From assembly GCA_963752595.1 (NCBI GenBank), contig CAVVYZ010000001.1:32001-96000 (forward strand): DNA of 64,000 bases, given 5' to 3'. Position numbers and translations under genes: made by a program. This DNA comes from an uncultured delta proteobacterium. GTDB taxonomy: Bacteria > Desulfobacterota > Desulfomonilia > UBA1062. Numbering within the stretch: position 1 is the first letter of the stretch; every line of letters starts with the position of its first letter. Shown piece by piece: positions 10,605 to 20,007 of the stretch. Below the pieces are notes generated by a model, which saw nothing but the letters and a program-made list of their open reading frames with translations, had not been told where the DNA came from and made no database searches.

Positions 10605-11111
10605 TCAACCCAGGCAATCGGCGAGCTTGTCGAAGGATTCGCTCCATCCCTGCTGTATATCGTTACGATCAGAGTCTTTGATCCTGTCGATGCCTGAATG
10701 CTTCAGGGTGAGCTTCGTCTTTCCTCCATCTTCTTCGAACGTCACCGTCACCAGCATTTCAAGCGGCCGGTCTCCGCTCATTCCATAGTACGAAGCAGGG
10801 ACAATGTTGCCTTTCTCATCCGCAAAGGAATCGGTCATGACGAGCCGTTCCGATTCTTTGATTTCGCGAAACTCGCCTTTGCTCCAGAATTCCTTGCCGT
10901 CGGGCGATCGCATGCTGTTGATATATTTTCCTCCCACGTGGGGATCTATCTTACATGCAGGGGCAGTGAAGCCTTTGGGCCCCCACCATCGAGTCAGGCG
11001 GTCACAATCCGTCCAAGCCTTGAACACACGCTCGCGCGGTGCGTCGAAGATGCGCGTGATCACAAGCTCATCCTTCGCGGACTCTCCGGAAGAACTTCCT
11101 ATCGTAGCCAT
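10605..11111 (-). CDS. SRPBCC (AHSA1-like) domain protein
   Basis: ELVITRIFDAPRERVFKAWTD...WWGP, GWSESFDKL. Confidence 0.9.
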   Translation of the reverse strand: MATIGSSSGESAKDELVITRIFDAPRERVFKAWTDCDRLTRWWGPKGFTAPACKIDPHVGGKYINSMRSPDGKEFWSKGEFREIKESERLVMTDSFADEKGNIVPASYYGMSGDRPLEMLVTVTFEEDGGKTKLTLKHSGIDRIKDSDRNDIQQGWSESFDKLADCLG

Positions 11112-11263
11112 GTTTTCTCTCCTTTCTTGTTATTCAGCTTTGCGGCCGTGTGCGATCCGGCCGGTGCACTATCGGTGCATTATTATATTTAGATGCAAAA
11201 AATTATGAGATGGATCATCTGCATTCTCAGGTGACGCCAAATGAGTGACCGCGCCGGGGAAGC

Positions 11264-13111
11264 CTATCTAAGCAGGCATTCGCGGCCGTTCTGGATGAAG
11301 CATGATTTCAGGTCCTGGTACTTCTCCGGGGTCAGGAGGTAATAGTTCTCATCCCCCTTGGTCCGGTAGTACACCACCATGTCGGGATTGCTCTCGATGT
11401 TGTAATGATCCCGCTTGTAGGGACGGACCACGATCTTGTGCGTGTCGGTCACGGGGAAGCTGTCGATGACCCGGATGAAGTCGGGCATCCACTTGGGGTC
11501 CATGCCTCCATCCTGCTGCTGCCGGATCAGCCAGGCATGGACTGCTTCAGGGTCGAACCGGGCATCTTTCTTGAGCTGGACCGCCACCATGACCTTCTCG
11601 TCTGCCACGTCGCACGGCGCGCCGTAGGCAATGGCGCAATCCACCCCGGGCATCTCCTGGGCATACTGCAGTACATTCTCTGCGGAGAAGTTTTCGCCGT
11701 CCTTGCGTATCCAGTCGTCGGTGCGGCCGTTGAAATACAGGTAGCGCTTGCGGCCTATCATCCGGACATGGCCCAGGTCGCCCGAATGGTAGATCCCGTC
11801 TCTGAACTTCTGCGTGGTGGCCTTGGCGTCGCCGATATAGCCCTCGAACCTGAGGTTGTCGCTGTCCACCCTGCTGCAGATCTCGCCCACGGCCTGGTCG
11901 TAATTCGTGAGATATCCGTTCGCGTCCGTGATACCGGGAGCGCATTCCCGGCACTGCTCATCGAGGATCACGACCGAGCCCGTCACCCGGCCCACGGAAT
12001 CGATGGGGTCGCCCGGCCGGTTGGCTGTGGTGATGACCGCCTCCGTGGACCCGTAGATCTCGAAGATGTGTTCCATGCCGAGCCAGCGCATCAATTTCTT
12101 GCGGTCCACCGCCGAGGCCCCGTTTCCGTAGGCGCGCCGGAACCGGTTCTTCGGATGCCTTGCCAGCGCCTTTTCCACGGCCTCGGGGCTGCCGTATTTC
12201 TTTTCCAGGGCATCGATAATGTAGTGGAGCGGCTGGCCGACATAGTTCAGGAAGGTCACGCCATGGGCCAGCATGTCCTCCTCGAAGGCCCGGGCGCTGA
12301 AGCGGGGCTTGAGCACGAAGCTGCTCCCCGCGATCATCTGCGGCAGGATGCCGATGTACCAGGCATTCGAGTGGAAGAGCGGCATGGAGATGTAGCCGCG
12401 GTCTTTTTTGGTGAGGCGGACATCGGACTCGACGACGAACCCTGCTCCCACGAGCTTGATATGCGTGCAGGGCACCGCCTTGGGGAGACTGGTGGTGCCG
12501 GAGGTATAGATGATGAGAACCGGGCTGAAATTGTCGATGGGCACCATGCCTGGTTTTACGGCAGCAGGCAAGGCCTGTGCGATGGCTTGTTCCAGCACAC
12601 GGTAGCTCCTGCCGGCGACCTCTTTTTCGCTGCCTGCAAACAGGATATCCCTGCGGCCGAGCACGGTGATGCCCGGCAGGGCGCTTTCCACTTCCGCGGC
12701 CGAGCCTAAGTTCGTTATCAGGCGGGCGATCTTCGCCTGGTTGATGACCTTGGCCAGTGTGTCCCCGCGGAAACCGGTGTTGATGGCAAAGAGAATCGAA
12801 TTGCTCAAGCCTGCGGCGAGTGAGGCGAAGATGAACTCCGGGGTGTTCTCCATGTAGATACCCAGCGCCAAGCGCTCGCTGCCGGCCAGTTTTCCGCCCT
12901 CCACGAGCCTGCTGCGCTCGGCGAGGAAGAAATCGGCATAGCGCTGTGCCTGACTGTAGACCTCGCCATAGGTATATTCCCTGCCTTCAAAGATGAAGAA
13001 GGTCCGGTTGCGCCTCAGCAGAAGCCACGACATGGTGAGTTTGATCATAGTCCTGAAATTGACAAACCCAAAGAAGGTGCGGATAATGGTTTTCAAGTTA
13101 ATGCGTTTCAT
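11264..13111 (-). CDS. AMP-binding acyl-CoA synthetase (FATP/FadD17-like)
   Basis: YTSGTTSLPK, PLFHSNA, YGSTE, HSGDLG, GRTDDWIRKDGEN. Confidence 0.9.
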   Translation of the reverse strand: MKRINLKTIIRTFFGFVNFRTMIKLTMSWLLLRRNRTFFIFEGREYTYGEVYSQAQRYADFFLAERSRLVEGGKLAGSERLALGIYMENTPEFIFASLAAGLSNSILFAINTGFRGDTLAKVINQAKIARLITNLGSAAEVESALPGITVLGRRDILFAGSEKEVAGRSYRVLEQAIAQALPAAVKPGMVPIDNFSPVLIIYTSGTTSLPKAVPCTHIKLVGAGFVVESDVRLTKKDRGYISMPLFHSNAWYIGILPQMIAGSSFVLKPRFSARAFEEDMLAHGVTFLNYVGQPLHYIIDALEKKYGSPEAVEKALARHPKNRFRRAYGNGASAVDRKKLMRWLGMEHIFEIYGSTEAVITTANRPGDPIDSVGRVTGSVVILDEQCRECAPGITDANGYLTNYDQAVGEICSRVDSDNLRFEGYIGDAKATTQKFRDGIYHSGDLGHVRMIGRKRYLYFNGRTDDWIRKDGENFSAENVLQYAQEMPGVDCAIAYGAPCDVADEKVMVAVQLKKDARFDPEAVHAWLIRQQQDGGMDPKWMPDFIRVIDSFPVTDTHKIVVRPYKRDHYNIESNPDMVVYYRTKGDENYYLLTPEKYQDLKSCFIQNGRECLLR

Positions 13112-13302
13112 GCCAGGCCCTCCGGGAGTAAAGATCTCTCAACCTTCTTAATATACTATGAATATTGAGATTATGAAACGTATTTTATAGACAGAAAGGT
13201 CATGTGCCGGTTCCGAATGTACGATGCGAAACCGTCGGGGTGATCGGGAGCGGATTAATGAATGGGGCCAGGGTACATTTTTCTGTTGTGCAGAAGCTTG
13301 GT

Positions 13303-13656
13303 TCAAGGCTTTTCCTGAACAGTATAGTGAATGGTCATGACCCTGATGCGGCCGTCTTTTATCCAATAAGAATCCGCCCCATCGTCTATGCGTGCGCGGT
13401 CAGTATCCGCAGTCCATTCGAGAAAGGCCAGCTCTCCATGCCAGAGACGTGTGCGGTATTCGTACCGGGTCTTCCCGATCTGCTCGTCCAGGAGGTCGGC
13501 GGCTTTACGCGCCCCATCCAGGCCCGAGAAAACACCGTAGCCGGTAAGGAGGACGCAGTCTTCGGAGAAATTGCGACGTAGATCTGTTTTGACATCTCCT
13601 TTCTGAGCCAGATCGAGATGATCTTCAAAGACTTCCTGTGTTGAACGGATCTGCAT
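13303..13656 (-). CDS. SnoaL/NTF2-like protein
   Basis: RSTQEVFEDH...FLEWTA...DGADSY.IKDGRI..MTIHY. Confidence 0.8.
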   Translation of the reverse strand: MQIRSTQEVFEDHLDLAQKGDVKTDLRRNFSEDCVLLTGYGVFSGLDGARKAADLLDEQIGKTRYEYRTRLWHGELAFLEWTADTDRARIDDGADSYWIKDGRIRVMTIHYTVQEKP

Positions 13657-13788
13657 GGCACATCCCTCATTCTTGCAGAGTCATTGGATAGACTTGAATT
13701 ATACAATATATAATAGCAAAATAGCACCCGGATGGGTCTCTTCAAGCTTGAAAAAGGATGCAATGCCCTCGAAGGATAAATGGCGGGA

Positions 13789-13845
13789 TAAATGGGGACG
13801 TGCTCACATTAAGAGAGAAATATGAATCCGCTCCCGGTTCCCATT
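13789..13845 (+). repeat. Degenerate GGGAC/GTCCC-core dyad
   Basis: TAAATGGGGACGTGCTCACATT is close to the reverse complement of 8351-8373 (AAAAGTGAACCCGTCCCGATTTA); a partner arm AAATATGAATCCGCTCCC follows. Confidence 0.45.
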
Positions 13846-13923
13846 GATCAGCTGTTACAGAGCTCCGGAAAGCTCATAGTTTTCTGGTACCCTCTGTCGT
13901 CTTCCGGAGCCCGGTTATCGATT

Positions 13924-14394
13924 TCAATTGCACTCCCCCACATTGGACAATGCTGCATAGACGACCACCTTCTGGCCGGCCATATTTGCAACCTTGTAAT
14001 ATGAGCACTTGGCCTCGGGAGTATTGTTGTTCTTAGGGTTGGGCCACAAGTAGCTGGTCCACCCAGCCCCGTCCTTCTTTGCCTTGCCGAGCATTTCCGC
14101 ACCAAAATATTTCCCGCCTGCATCTTTGATAGTCATGCAGTTCTTTCCCAGGAGCTCCTTTGCAACCGGATGCATGATGACTACCGCATCCATATTCGTC
14201 ACATAGATATAGCCCTCTCCCCCTGCAAAACGATACGGTTTCAGCTCATCCAGGCCTGCTTTTCCCTTGCTTTCAACCACCTTGACTCCATAATCCACCC
14301 CATCCATCAATTCTTTCTTCCGATCTTCTGCGAAAGCAGGATGACTGAGAGCAATGGCCACAAGACATACGAATGCCGTTTTGAAAATCTTCAT
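13924..14394 (-). CDS. Secreted stand-alone Cache domain protein (sCache_2-like)
   Basis: Signal peptide; YIYV....VIMHP...LLGKN...IKDAGGK...GWTSYLWPNP....K.SY; no second TM or output domain. Confidence 0.85.
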   Translation of the reverse strand: MKIFKTAFVCLVAIALSHPAFAEDRKKELMDGVDYGVKVVESKGKAGLDELKPYRFAGGEGYIYVTNMDAVVIMHPVAKELLGKNCMTIKDAGGKYFGAEMLGKAKKDGAGWTSYLWPNPKNNNTPEAKCSYYKVANMAGQKVVVYAALSNVGECN

Positions 14395-14735
14395 AGTGTA
14401 TTCCTCCAGAGATGTTTTATTGATTATTTTATCGGATAATATGTGACCGGTTATAATGAAAATATCCGGCATGACGCCTTGTTATCGAGAGATGTGGCGG
14501 TACCATGGGATACATTGCACTCACCACAGATATCTATGGAAACGGCCATGTTGCGAAAGATCGGAACGAAGAAAAAGCACTTTCCGAAAAATTCATGCAG
14601 GGCGACCGCAAACTCCTCCTGGACTTTGCCGAGATATTCAAATAGGCAAAGGGAGAGCAAAGCCCGTGTCCCGCTTAAACTCTTCAGTATCGTCCAATCT
14701 TGATTTGTATAAAAAAGACAATTAAGTATAAAGGC

Positions 14736-15026
14736 TTATACATAGAGGCCTTCATCTTTTTTATACCAGAATGCAAATATCCAGCTTCCCGTTTCATTGA
14801 TAGTTACCGGGAGGGGGTCGGATAAATGTACGATGGTCCCGACACTGTTGGGAACTTCATGAACCGTGAATCCCGCACCCTTATATTCGCCGTCAGCGAA
14901 CTCTGTCTCATCCTGGGTAAACCCATAAGCACCACAGGAACACCTGACGAACCAGAGGTCCGCATCTTCATTATCCAGCACGTGACGTTTTCCACAGAAG
15001 ATGCATCTTACAATTAGAGTAATCAT
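14736..15026 (-). CDS. Hypothetical protein with zinc-ribbon-like Cys pairs
   Basis: CIFCG...CSCG; no family recognised. Confidence 0.45.
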   Translation of the reverse strand: MITLIVRCIFCGKRHVLDNEDADLWFVRCSCGAYGFTQDETEFADGEYKGAGFTVHEVPNSVGTIVHLSDPLPVTINETGSWIFAFWYKKDEGLYV

Positions 15027-15204
15027 AAGATTATGTGTGTGGGTGAGTGTTTTAAATGTCAACCTGTGTAAAAGGTCAATATTTACCGGATGATTCGGGC
15101 ACAGAGCCGCATTTCTCATGATACAGCACGGGAAATACGAGCAGGAACAATCGGCTTCCTGCAATATTCCTGCTGAGAGAGTTGACCATGAAGCCTTTGT
15201 GCCT

Positions 15205-15252
15205 CACCAGGGCCATCCTCTTATCATGCTCCATGACGATTTTCTGATCCAT
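15205..15252 (-). repeat. 48-bp copy of the mgsA 5' end
   Basis: 46/48 identical to 7062-7109, ending at the ATG. Confidence 0.85.
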
Positions 15253-15349
15253 TAAGACCCTGATTGTTCAGACGTAATAATACAAAATCTGATCCGTGTT
15301 TGCGTGTTCATGCCAGGCAGCCGTAGCTCATAGAGAAACGGCTGCTTTC

Positions 15350-15358
15350 TGCTATAAT
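15350..15358 (+). promoter_or_regulatory. Extended -10 promoter element (TGCTATAAT) for the MCE/ABC operon
   Basis: TGnTATAAT 15 nt upstream of ATG 15374. Confidence 0.5.
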
Positions 15359-15373
15359 TAATCTTCATTACCC

Positions 15374-16528
15374 ATGAATGATCAAACCGATGTGCCTTTC
15401 TCTCAGGGAACAGTCAGCTTCAGTAGGATAAATAATGAAACTCTGCTGGTAAGGCTAGCGGGGGCCTGGGAAACAAAGTCCGAAGTGCCCTCGGCAGAAG
15501 AAGCCATGAAGCGGACCGGCTTCGATCCGGATATGCGGTTCATGACATTCGAAAGTTCGGAGCTCGTTTCCTGGGACAGCAGTCTGCCGGCATTCCTTGC
15601 CGGTCTGAAAGATCGGACGGATGCCAAGGGGATCACGATGGTTTCTGCCGGTCTCCCAGAGGGTGTTGTGCGGCTGCTGAAAATTGCCTCAGAAGCAAAG
15701 GATCTCAAAGGCATACTTGATATGCCTGCAAAAATGTCCTTTGTCGAATCCATCGGTGCGAGAACAATTTCCCTTGCCCGCTTTGCCTGGGATGTGCTGG
15801 CCTTTGTCGGTCAATCATCCCTGGCCTTATTCAATCTTTTCAAGGGCAGAGCACGGTACCGGCCTTCCGACATGGCCCTCTTCATCTATGAAAGCGGCGC
15901 ACAGGCACTGCCCATCGTGTCACTGATCAGCATCCTCGTGGGGCTCATCCTCGGCTTCGTCGGCGTGATCGAACTGCGGACGTTCGGTGCGGAGATCTTT
16001 ATTGCCGATCTCGTGGGGATCTCCATGGCCCGGGAGATGGGCCCGATGATGACGGCCATCATCATGACAGGACGTACAGGCGCAGCCTATGCTACGCAGA
16101 TCGGAACCATGGAGACGAATGAAGAGATAGATGCATTGAAAACAATTGGTTTTCCTCCCCTGGAATTTCTCGTGGCACCCCGGATGCTTGCCTTGATTCT
16201 CATGATGCCTCTCCTGTGCGTGTATGCCGACATCATGGGTATACTCGGCGGAGCGATTGTGGGTATAGGGATGGCCGGGATTCCCGCTTCCCAATATTAT
16301 ACGGAATCCGTGTCGGCACTCACGTTGACGGAATTTACCATCGGTGTTGTCAAAAGCGCTTTCTATGCTGTTCTCATCGCCCTGTCAGGCTGCTTCTATG
16401 GGATAAGGGCTTCGCGGAGCGCTATGGCGGTGGGCTATGCAGCAACGAGGGCAGTTGTCACGGGAATCGTTTTGATCGTAGTTGCTGACGGCATTTTTGC
16501 TGTCATCACAAGCATTCTCAATATCTAG
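15374..16528 (+). CDS. mlaE: MlaE-family ABC permease with N-terminal STAS-like domain
   Basis: WDSS, REMGPMMTAIIMTGRTGAAYATQIGTM..NEEIDAL. Confidence 0.9.
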   Translation: MNDQTDVPFSQGTVSFSRINNETLLVRLAGAWETKSEVPSAEEAMKRTGFDPDMRFMTFESSELVSWDSSLPAFLAGLKDRTDAKGITMVSAGLPEGVVRLLKIASEAKDLKGILDMPAKMSFVESIGARTISLARFAWDVLAFVGQSSLALFNLFKGRARYRPSDMALFIYESGAQALPIVSLISILVGLILGFVGVIELRTFGAEIFIADLVGISMAREMGPMMTAIIMTGRTGAAYATQIGTMETNEEIDALKTIGFPPLEFLVAPRMLALILMMPLLCVYADIMGILGGAIVGIGMAGIPASQYYTESVSALTLTEFTIGVVKSAFYAVLIALSGCFYGIRASRSAMAVGYAATRAVVTGIVLIVVADGIFAVITSILNI

Positions 16529-16531
16529 CGT

Positions 16532-17338
16532 ATGGCACAGTCACGGAAGGAAGAGAAAGCAGACAGACCCCATATCACGGTGCGCAATCTCACCCTTGCC
16601 TATGGCAGCGCCTTGGTTTTGAAAGATATCGATTTTTCCGTGGACAGAGAGGACATCTTCATTATCATGGGTGTGAACGGCTGCGGGAAGAGTACGCTGC
16701 TGAAGTCCATGATCGGCCTGAAGCAGCCTGTAAAAGGCCAGATATTCTATGACGGCATCAACTTCTGGGATACAGCCCCTGATATCCGCAGCCGGGTTTT
16801 GATGCGGATCGGCATTCTGTACCAGAAAAACGCCCTCTGGAGCTCCATGACCCTGGGAGAGAACGTAGGGCTTCCCCTTGAAGAGTTCACTGAACTCGGC
16901 AAGGACCGGATCCGGGAGATCGTTTCGTTCAAGCTGTCTCTCGTTGGTCTCGGGGGTTTTGAAAAGTACTTTCCTTCACAGCTCAGCGGCGGGATGCAGA
17001 AGCGGGCAGCACTCGCCCGTGCCATGTCCCTGGACCCCGAGATCCTGTTTTTCGATGAACCCTCGGCCGGGCTTGACCCGGTAAATGCAGGCCTGCTGGA
17101 TGATCTGATTCTGGATCTCAACGAGAGCATGAAGACGACGATCGTCGTCATATCCCATGACCTTGAAAGCATATTCGCCATCGGCAACACGGCCATATTT
17201 CTCGATCCTGAAGCAAAAACGGTCATAGCTGCCGGCAACCCGAAGCAGCTTCTGGAGGAATCCCAAAACCCGAAAGTGAGGCTGTTCCTGACAAGGGGAC
17301 GGGCGAATATCGGGAAAGGGTATTCTGCCGGGAGCTGA
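16532..17338 (+). CDS. mlaF: MlaF-family ABC ATPase
   Basis: Walker A GVNGCGKS, LSGGMQKR, FFDEPSAGLDP, ISHD. Confidence 0.9.
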   Translation: MAQSRKEEKADRPHITVRNLTLAYGSALVLKDIDFSVDREDIFIIMGVNGCGKSTLLKSMIGLKQPVKGQIFYDGINFWDTAPDIRSRVLMRIGILYQKNALWSSMTLGENVGLPLEEFTELGKDRIREIVSFKLSLVGLGGFEKYFPSQLSGGMQKRAALARAMSLDPEILFFDEPSAGLDPVNAGLLDDLILDLNESMKTTIVVISHDLESIFAIGNTAIFLDPEAKTVIAAGNPKQLLEESQNPKVRLFLTRGRANIGKGYSAGS

Positions 17339-17365
17339 TCCGGCTATTTATATGATTATGAGGGC

Positions 17366-18343
17366 ATGATGAAGAAGCTTAATGTTACCTTGATCGGGGT
17401 TTTTGTCCTGGGTGCAGTAATACTTGCCATAATAGGAGTCGTTGCCCTTGGAGCGGGAAGATTCTTTACCAGGCACCCTACGTTTGTGATGTATTTCAGA
17501 GGGTCGGCAAAAGGTCTCGATACAGGGGCATCGGTCGTGTTCAAAGGTGTGAAGGTGGGCAAGGTGACCAGTATCGGGCTTGAGTATAATCCTGCTGGAA
17601 AGTCTGTCCTCATAGTCGTGCTTGCCGAGATAAACCTGAAAGCCATTACCCGGACGCCCGGTGAAACAGCCACGCAGGATTTCTTTATGCAGCTTATACA
17701 TGAGGGCCTCAAGGCACAATTCCAGTACGAGAATTACATGACCGGCCAGCTTCTCATCGACCTCGATTTCTTTCCGCAAAAGCCTTTCATCCTGGTGAAA
17801 TCCAATCTGGCATACCCCCAGATACCTACCATGCCTTCAGCCATTGAAGAGCTGTCCAAAGCGTTCGAAAGCCTGCCCCTCGAAGAGCTTGCAACCAAAT
17901 TGATGCGTTTGATGGAAGGTGTCGAGCGTGCTGCGAATTCATCGGATTTCAGAAACACATTGGTTTCCCTGAAAGCCGCACTTGATGAGATCCGAAGCCT
18001 GACAGAGAACATAAACAGGAACGCGGTTCCCCTGATATCGGACATGAGATCGACCTTAAAGGATTCAAGGAAGCTGCTGCAGGATTTCGATAAGCGCTCG
18101 GTATCCCTGCTGGCAAGTATGGAGAAAACCACCGAGGCTACCCGATCGGCAGTCATAAAGGCCCAGGATACACTCAAAGCGGTCGAGCGTTCCGGAACAA
18201 CCGATTCGCAGCTCCTATACCAACTGACACAAGCCCTGGAAAAGGTCGCGGCTGCAGCTGATTCGATGCGGGCCCTTTCCGATTATCTCAACCGCCACCC
18301 TGAGGCGCTCCTGCGCGGTAAAGGTGCATCGGATGAAAAATAA
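17366..18343 (+). CDS. MCE (MlaD/PqiB-like) protein with long helical C-terminus
   Basis: N-terminal TM; GLDTGASVVFKGVKVG.V; ends YLNRHPEALLRGK. Confidence 0.9.
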   Translation: MMKKLNVTLIGVFVLGAVILAIIGVVALGAGRFFTRHPTFVMYFRGSAKGLDTGASVVFKGVKVGKVTSIGLEYNPAGKSVLIVVLAEINLKAITRTPGETATQDFFMQLIHEGLKAQFQYENYMTGQLLIDLDFFPQKPFILVKSNLAYPQIPTMPSAIEELSKAFESLPLEELATKLMRLMEGVERAANSSDFRNTLVSLKAALDEIRSLTENINRNAVPLISDMRSTLKDSRKLLQDFDKRSVSLLASMEKTTEATRSAVIKAQDTLKAVERSGTTDSQLLYQLTQALEKVAAAADSMRALSDYLNRHPEALLRGKGASDEK

Positions 18344-18971
18344 AGCCATGAAAACCGGATATTTTCTTGTCATGACAATGATCAGCATCACGTTGTTCTT
18401 CTTGAATGGATGCGCTGTATCCCAGCCCACGAGGTTCTATACCCTGAGCGCCATGGAGAAACCGAAGATATCACGACCATGCTCCGATACAAGCCCGATA
18501 ACGATAGCGATCGCCCCGCTTGCGATTCGGAAATATCTCGACAGGCCGCAGATCATGACGCGGGTCGATGAAAATGAGCTTCAGCTGTCCGAGCTCGATC
18601 AATGGGCAGAGCCCCTCAATGAAAATATCTCGAATGTGATTGCGCAGAATTTAAGATCCCTCCTGTGTGCTGATATTGAGACATTCCCTGTGACGGTTAA
18701 CGGGCAGACTGACTTCCGGCTGTCAGCATCCATAATCCGCCTCGAAGGCAAACCCGGCGGCGATGCATTTCTGGAAGTCAGGTGGTCGGTCTCCGGTGAT
18801 CAGTCCAAGGCGCCGTTATTCGTAAAGGAATCATTTTACAAAGAGTCTGTGCGGTCCCAAGATAATAAAGGACTGGTTTCGGCCTACAGCAGCCTGTTCG
18901 CATCATTCAGCCGGGAAATCGCCGGCTCTCTCGAACCGTACCTCACAGCCGGATCCGGTAATAAGAAATAA
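18333..18971 (+). CDS. PqiC-like ABC-type transport auxiliary lipoprotein
   Basis: Lipobox LNGC, RFYTL, YLDRPQI, WAEPL. Confidence 0.85.
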   Translation: MKNKAMKTGYFLVMTMISITLFFLNGCAVSQPTRFYTLSAMEKPKISRPCSDTSPITIAIAPLAIRKYLDRPQIMTRVDENELQLSELDQWAEPLNENISNVIAQNLRSLLCADIETFPVTVNGQTDFRLSASIIRLEGKPGGDAFLEVRWSVSGDQSKAPLFVKESFYKESVRSQDNKGLVSAYSSLFASFSREIAGSLEPYLTAGSGNKK

Positions 18972-18992
18972 ATATCTTTTAATCAGAAGACT

Positions 18993-19036
18993 CTTGACCG
19001 GCTCGGCAAACAGGGCATAGCTGAAGATGAGGTGAT
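18993..19036 (+). repeat. 44-bp copy of the ywbE upstream region
   Basis: 40/44 identical to 7297-7340. Confidence 0.85.
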
Positions 19037-19896
19037 CATGAGAAAAGATCAAGCCACTCCGTTGTATGCTTCCAGAGCGTCTGCCGCATCTTTTCCTTGA
19101 AAAAGCCCAGGTGCCCTATCTTGCCGGCACCCAGCTCGGATGCCCTGATCCTGCGGCGCTCGATCCTCGCTTTGGGATACTGGGACAGAAGATGCTCGAT
19201 GGCTGCTTCCGGGGCATAAGTGTCGTCATCAAAGCTATAGGCCAGGATCGGGAACATAAGCTCGGCGTATAGCCTCGTGTCGATGCCGAACTTTTTCGTG
19301 AACAGATGGTCTTTCTGTCGTGCCCACTGTGCCCACTGCGAGATGATGCCTGTGGGAACATTGACCGATGAAATGCCGAAGGCCCGCGCAGGGAAATTAT
19401 CCCGCCCGAAAGACAATACCGGTACGATCACATGCATCAGAAGGAAGATGACGATACAGAAGGGCCACGGATACATGTGCCGGTTTGCAGTCGATGCAGG
19501 GGCGAAGACGACTCCGGACAGTCTTGAAGACAGGGGAGCCAGGCCGATGAGCTGGCCGCCTGCGCTGTGGCCCACAAGAAAGATGCGCTGTGCGATCCCT
19601 TCTGCGATTACTGTACCCAGAACTGCCTCCAGGTCCTGTGCCCCCCAATCAATCATTCTCAGGTCGCGGCCGCGGATAACATCGGTCCGCGACTCTCCTA
19701 TGCCCCGGTTGTCATAGGTGACGGCGGCATATCCCTGCTCTGTCAGGAAGCGTGCAAATGGTTCATAGAATTCCTTGAGGACTCCCAAGGCAGCGCTGAT
19801 GACCACAATTCCTTTCGCTGTATCCTGAGGCAGGAAGAGATATCCGCTCAATGCGACGCCGTCCTTGCAAGTGACGGGTATCTTTCTTTTCTGCAT
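19036..19896 (-). CDS. Alpha/beta hydrolase (COG4757-like)
   Basis: YDNRGIGES, nucleophile GHSAGG, FDDD, IGHLGFF. Confidence 0.9.
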   Translation of the reverse strand: MQKRKIPVTCKDGVALSGYLFLPQDTAKGIVVISAALGVLKEFYEPFARFLTEQGYAAVTYDNRGIGESRTDVIRGRDLRMIDWGAQDLEAVLGTVIAEGIAQRIFLVGHSAGGQLIGLAPLSSRLSGVVFAPASTANRHMYPWPFCIVIFLLMHVIVPVLSFGRDNFPARAFGISSVNVPTGIISQWAQWARQKDHLFTKKFGIDTRLYAELMFPILAYSFDDDTYAPEAAIEHLLSQYPKARIERRRIRASELGAGKIGHLGFFKEKMRQTLWKHTTEWLDLFS

Positions 19897-20007
19897 GTAC
19901 TCTCCCCCTCAAGAGCTCAACTGCGGCTGCAGTTCCTGAAAAATATACATTCTTTAGATGCTCGTATGTAATAATAAATTACGAACCATAATAATCAAAG
20001 GTGCCAT

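Noticed and set aside
11405-12709. Long antisense ORFs (also 42061-43596, 23649-24728, 46933-47841)
   Set aside because: Shadow ORFs opposite well-supported GC3-rich genes, with no recognisable motifs.
14580-14690. c-di-GMP-I riboswitch upstream of the Cache gene (GGCAAA/GCAAAG words)
   Set aside because: The GNRA tetraloop/receptor stems could not be built on the appropriate strand.
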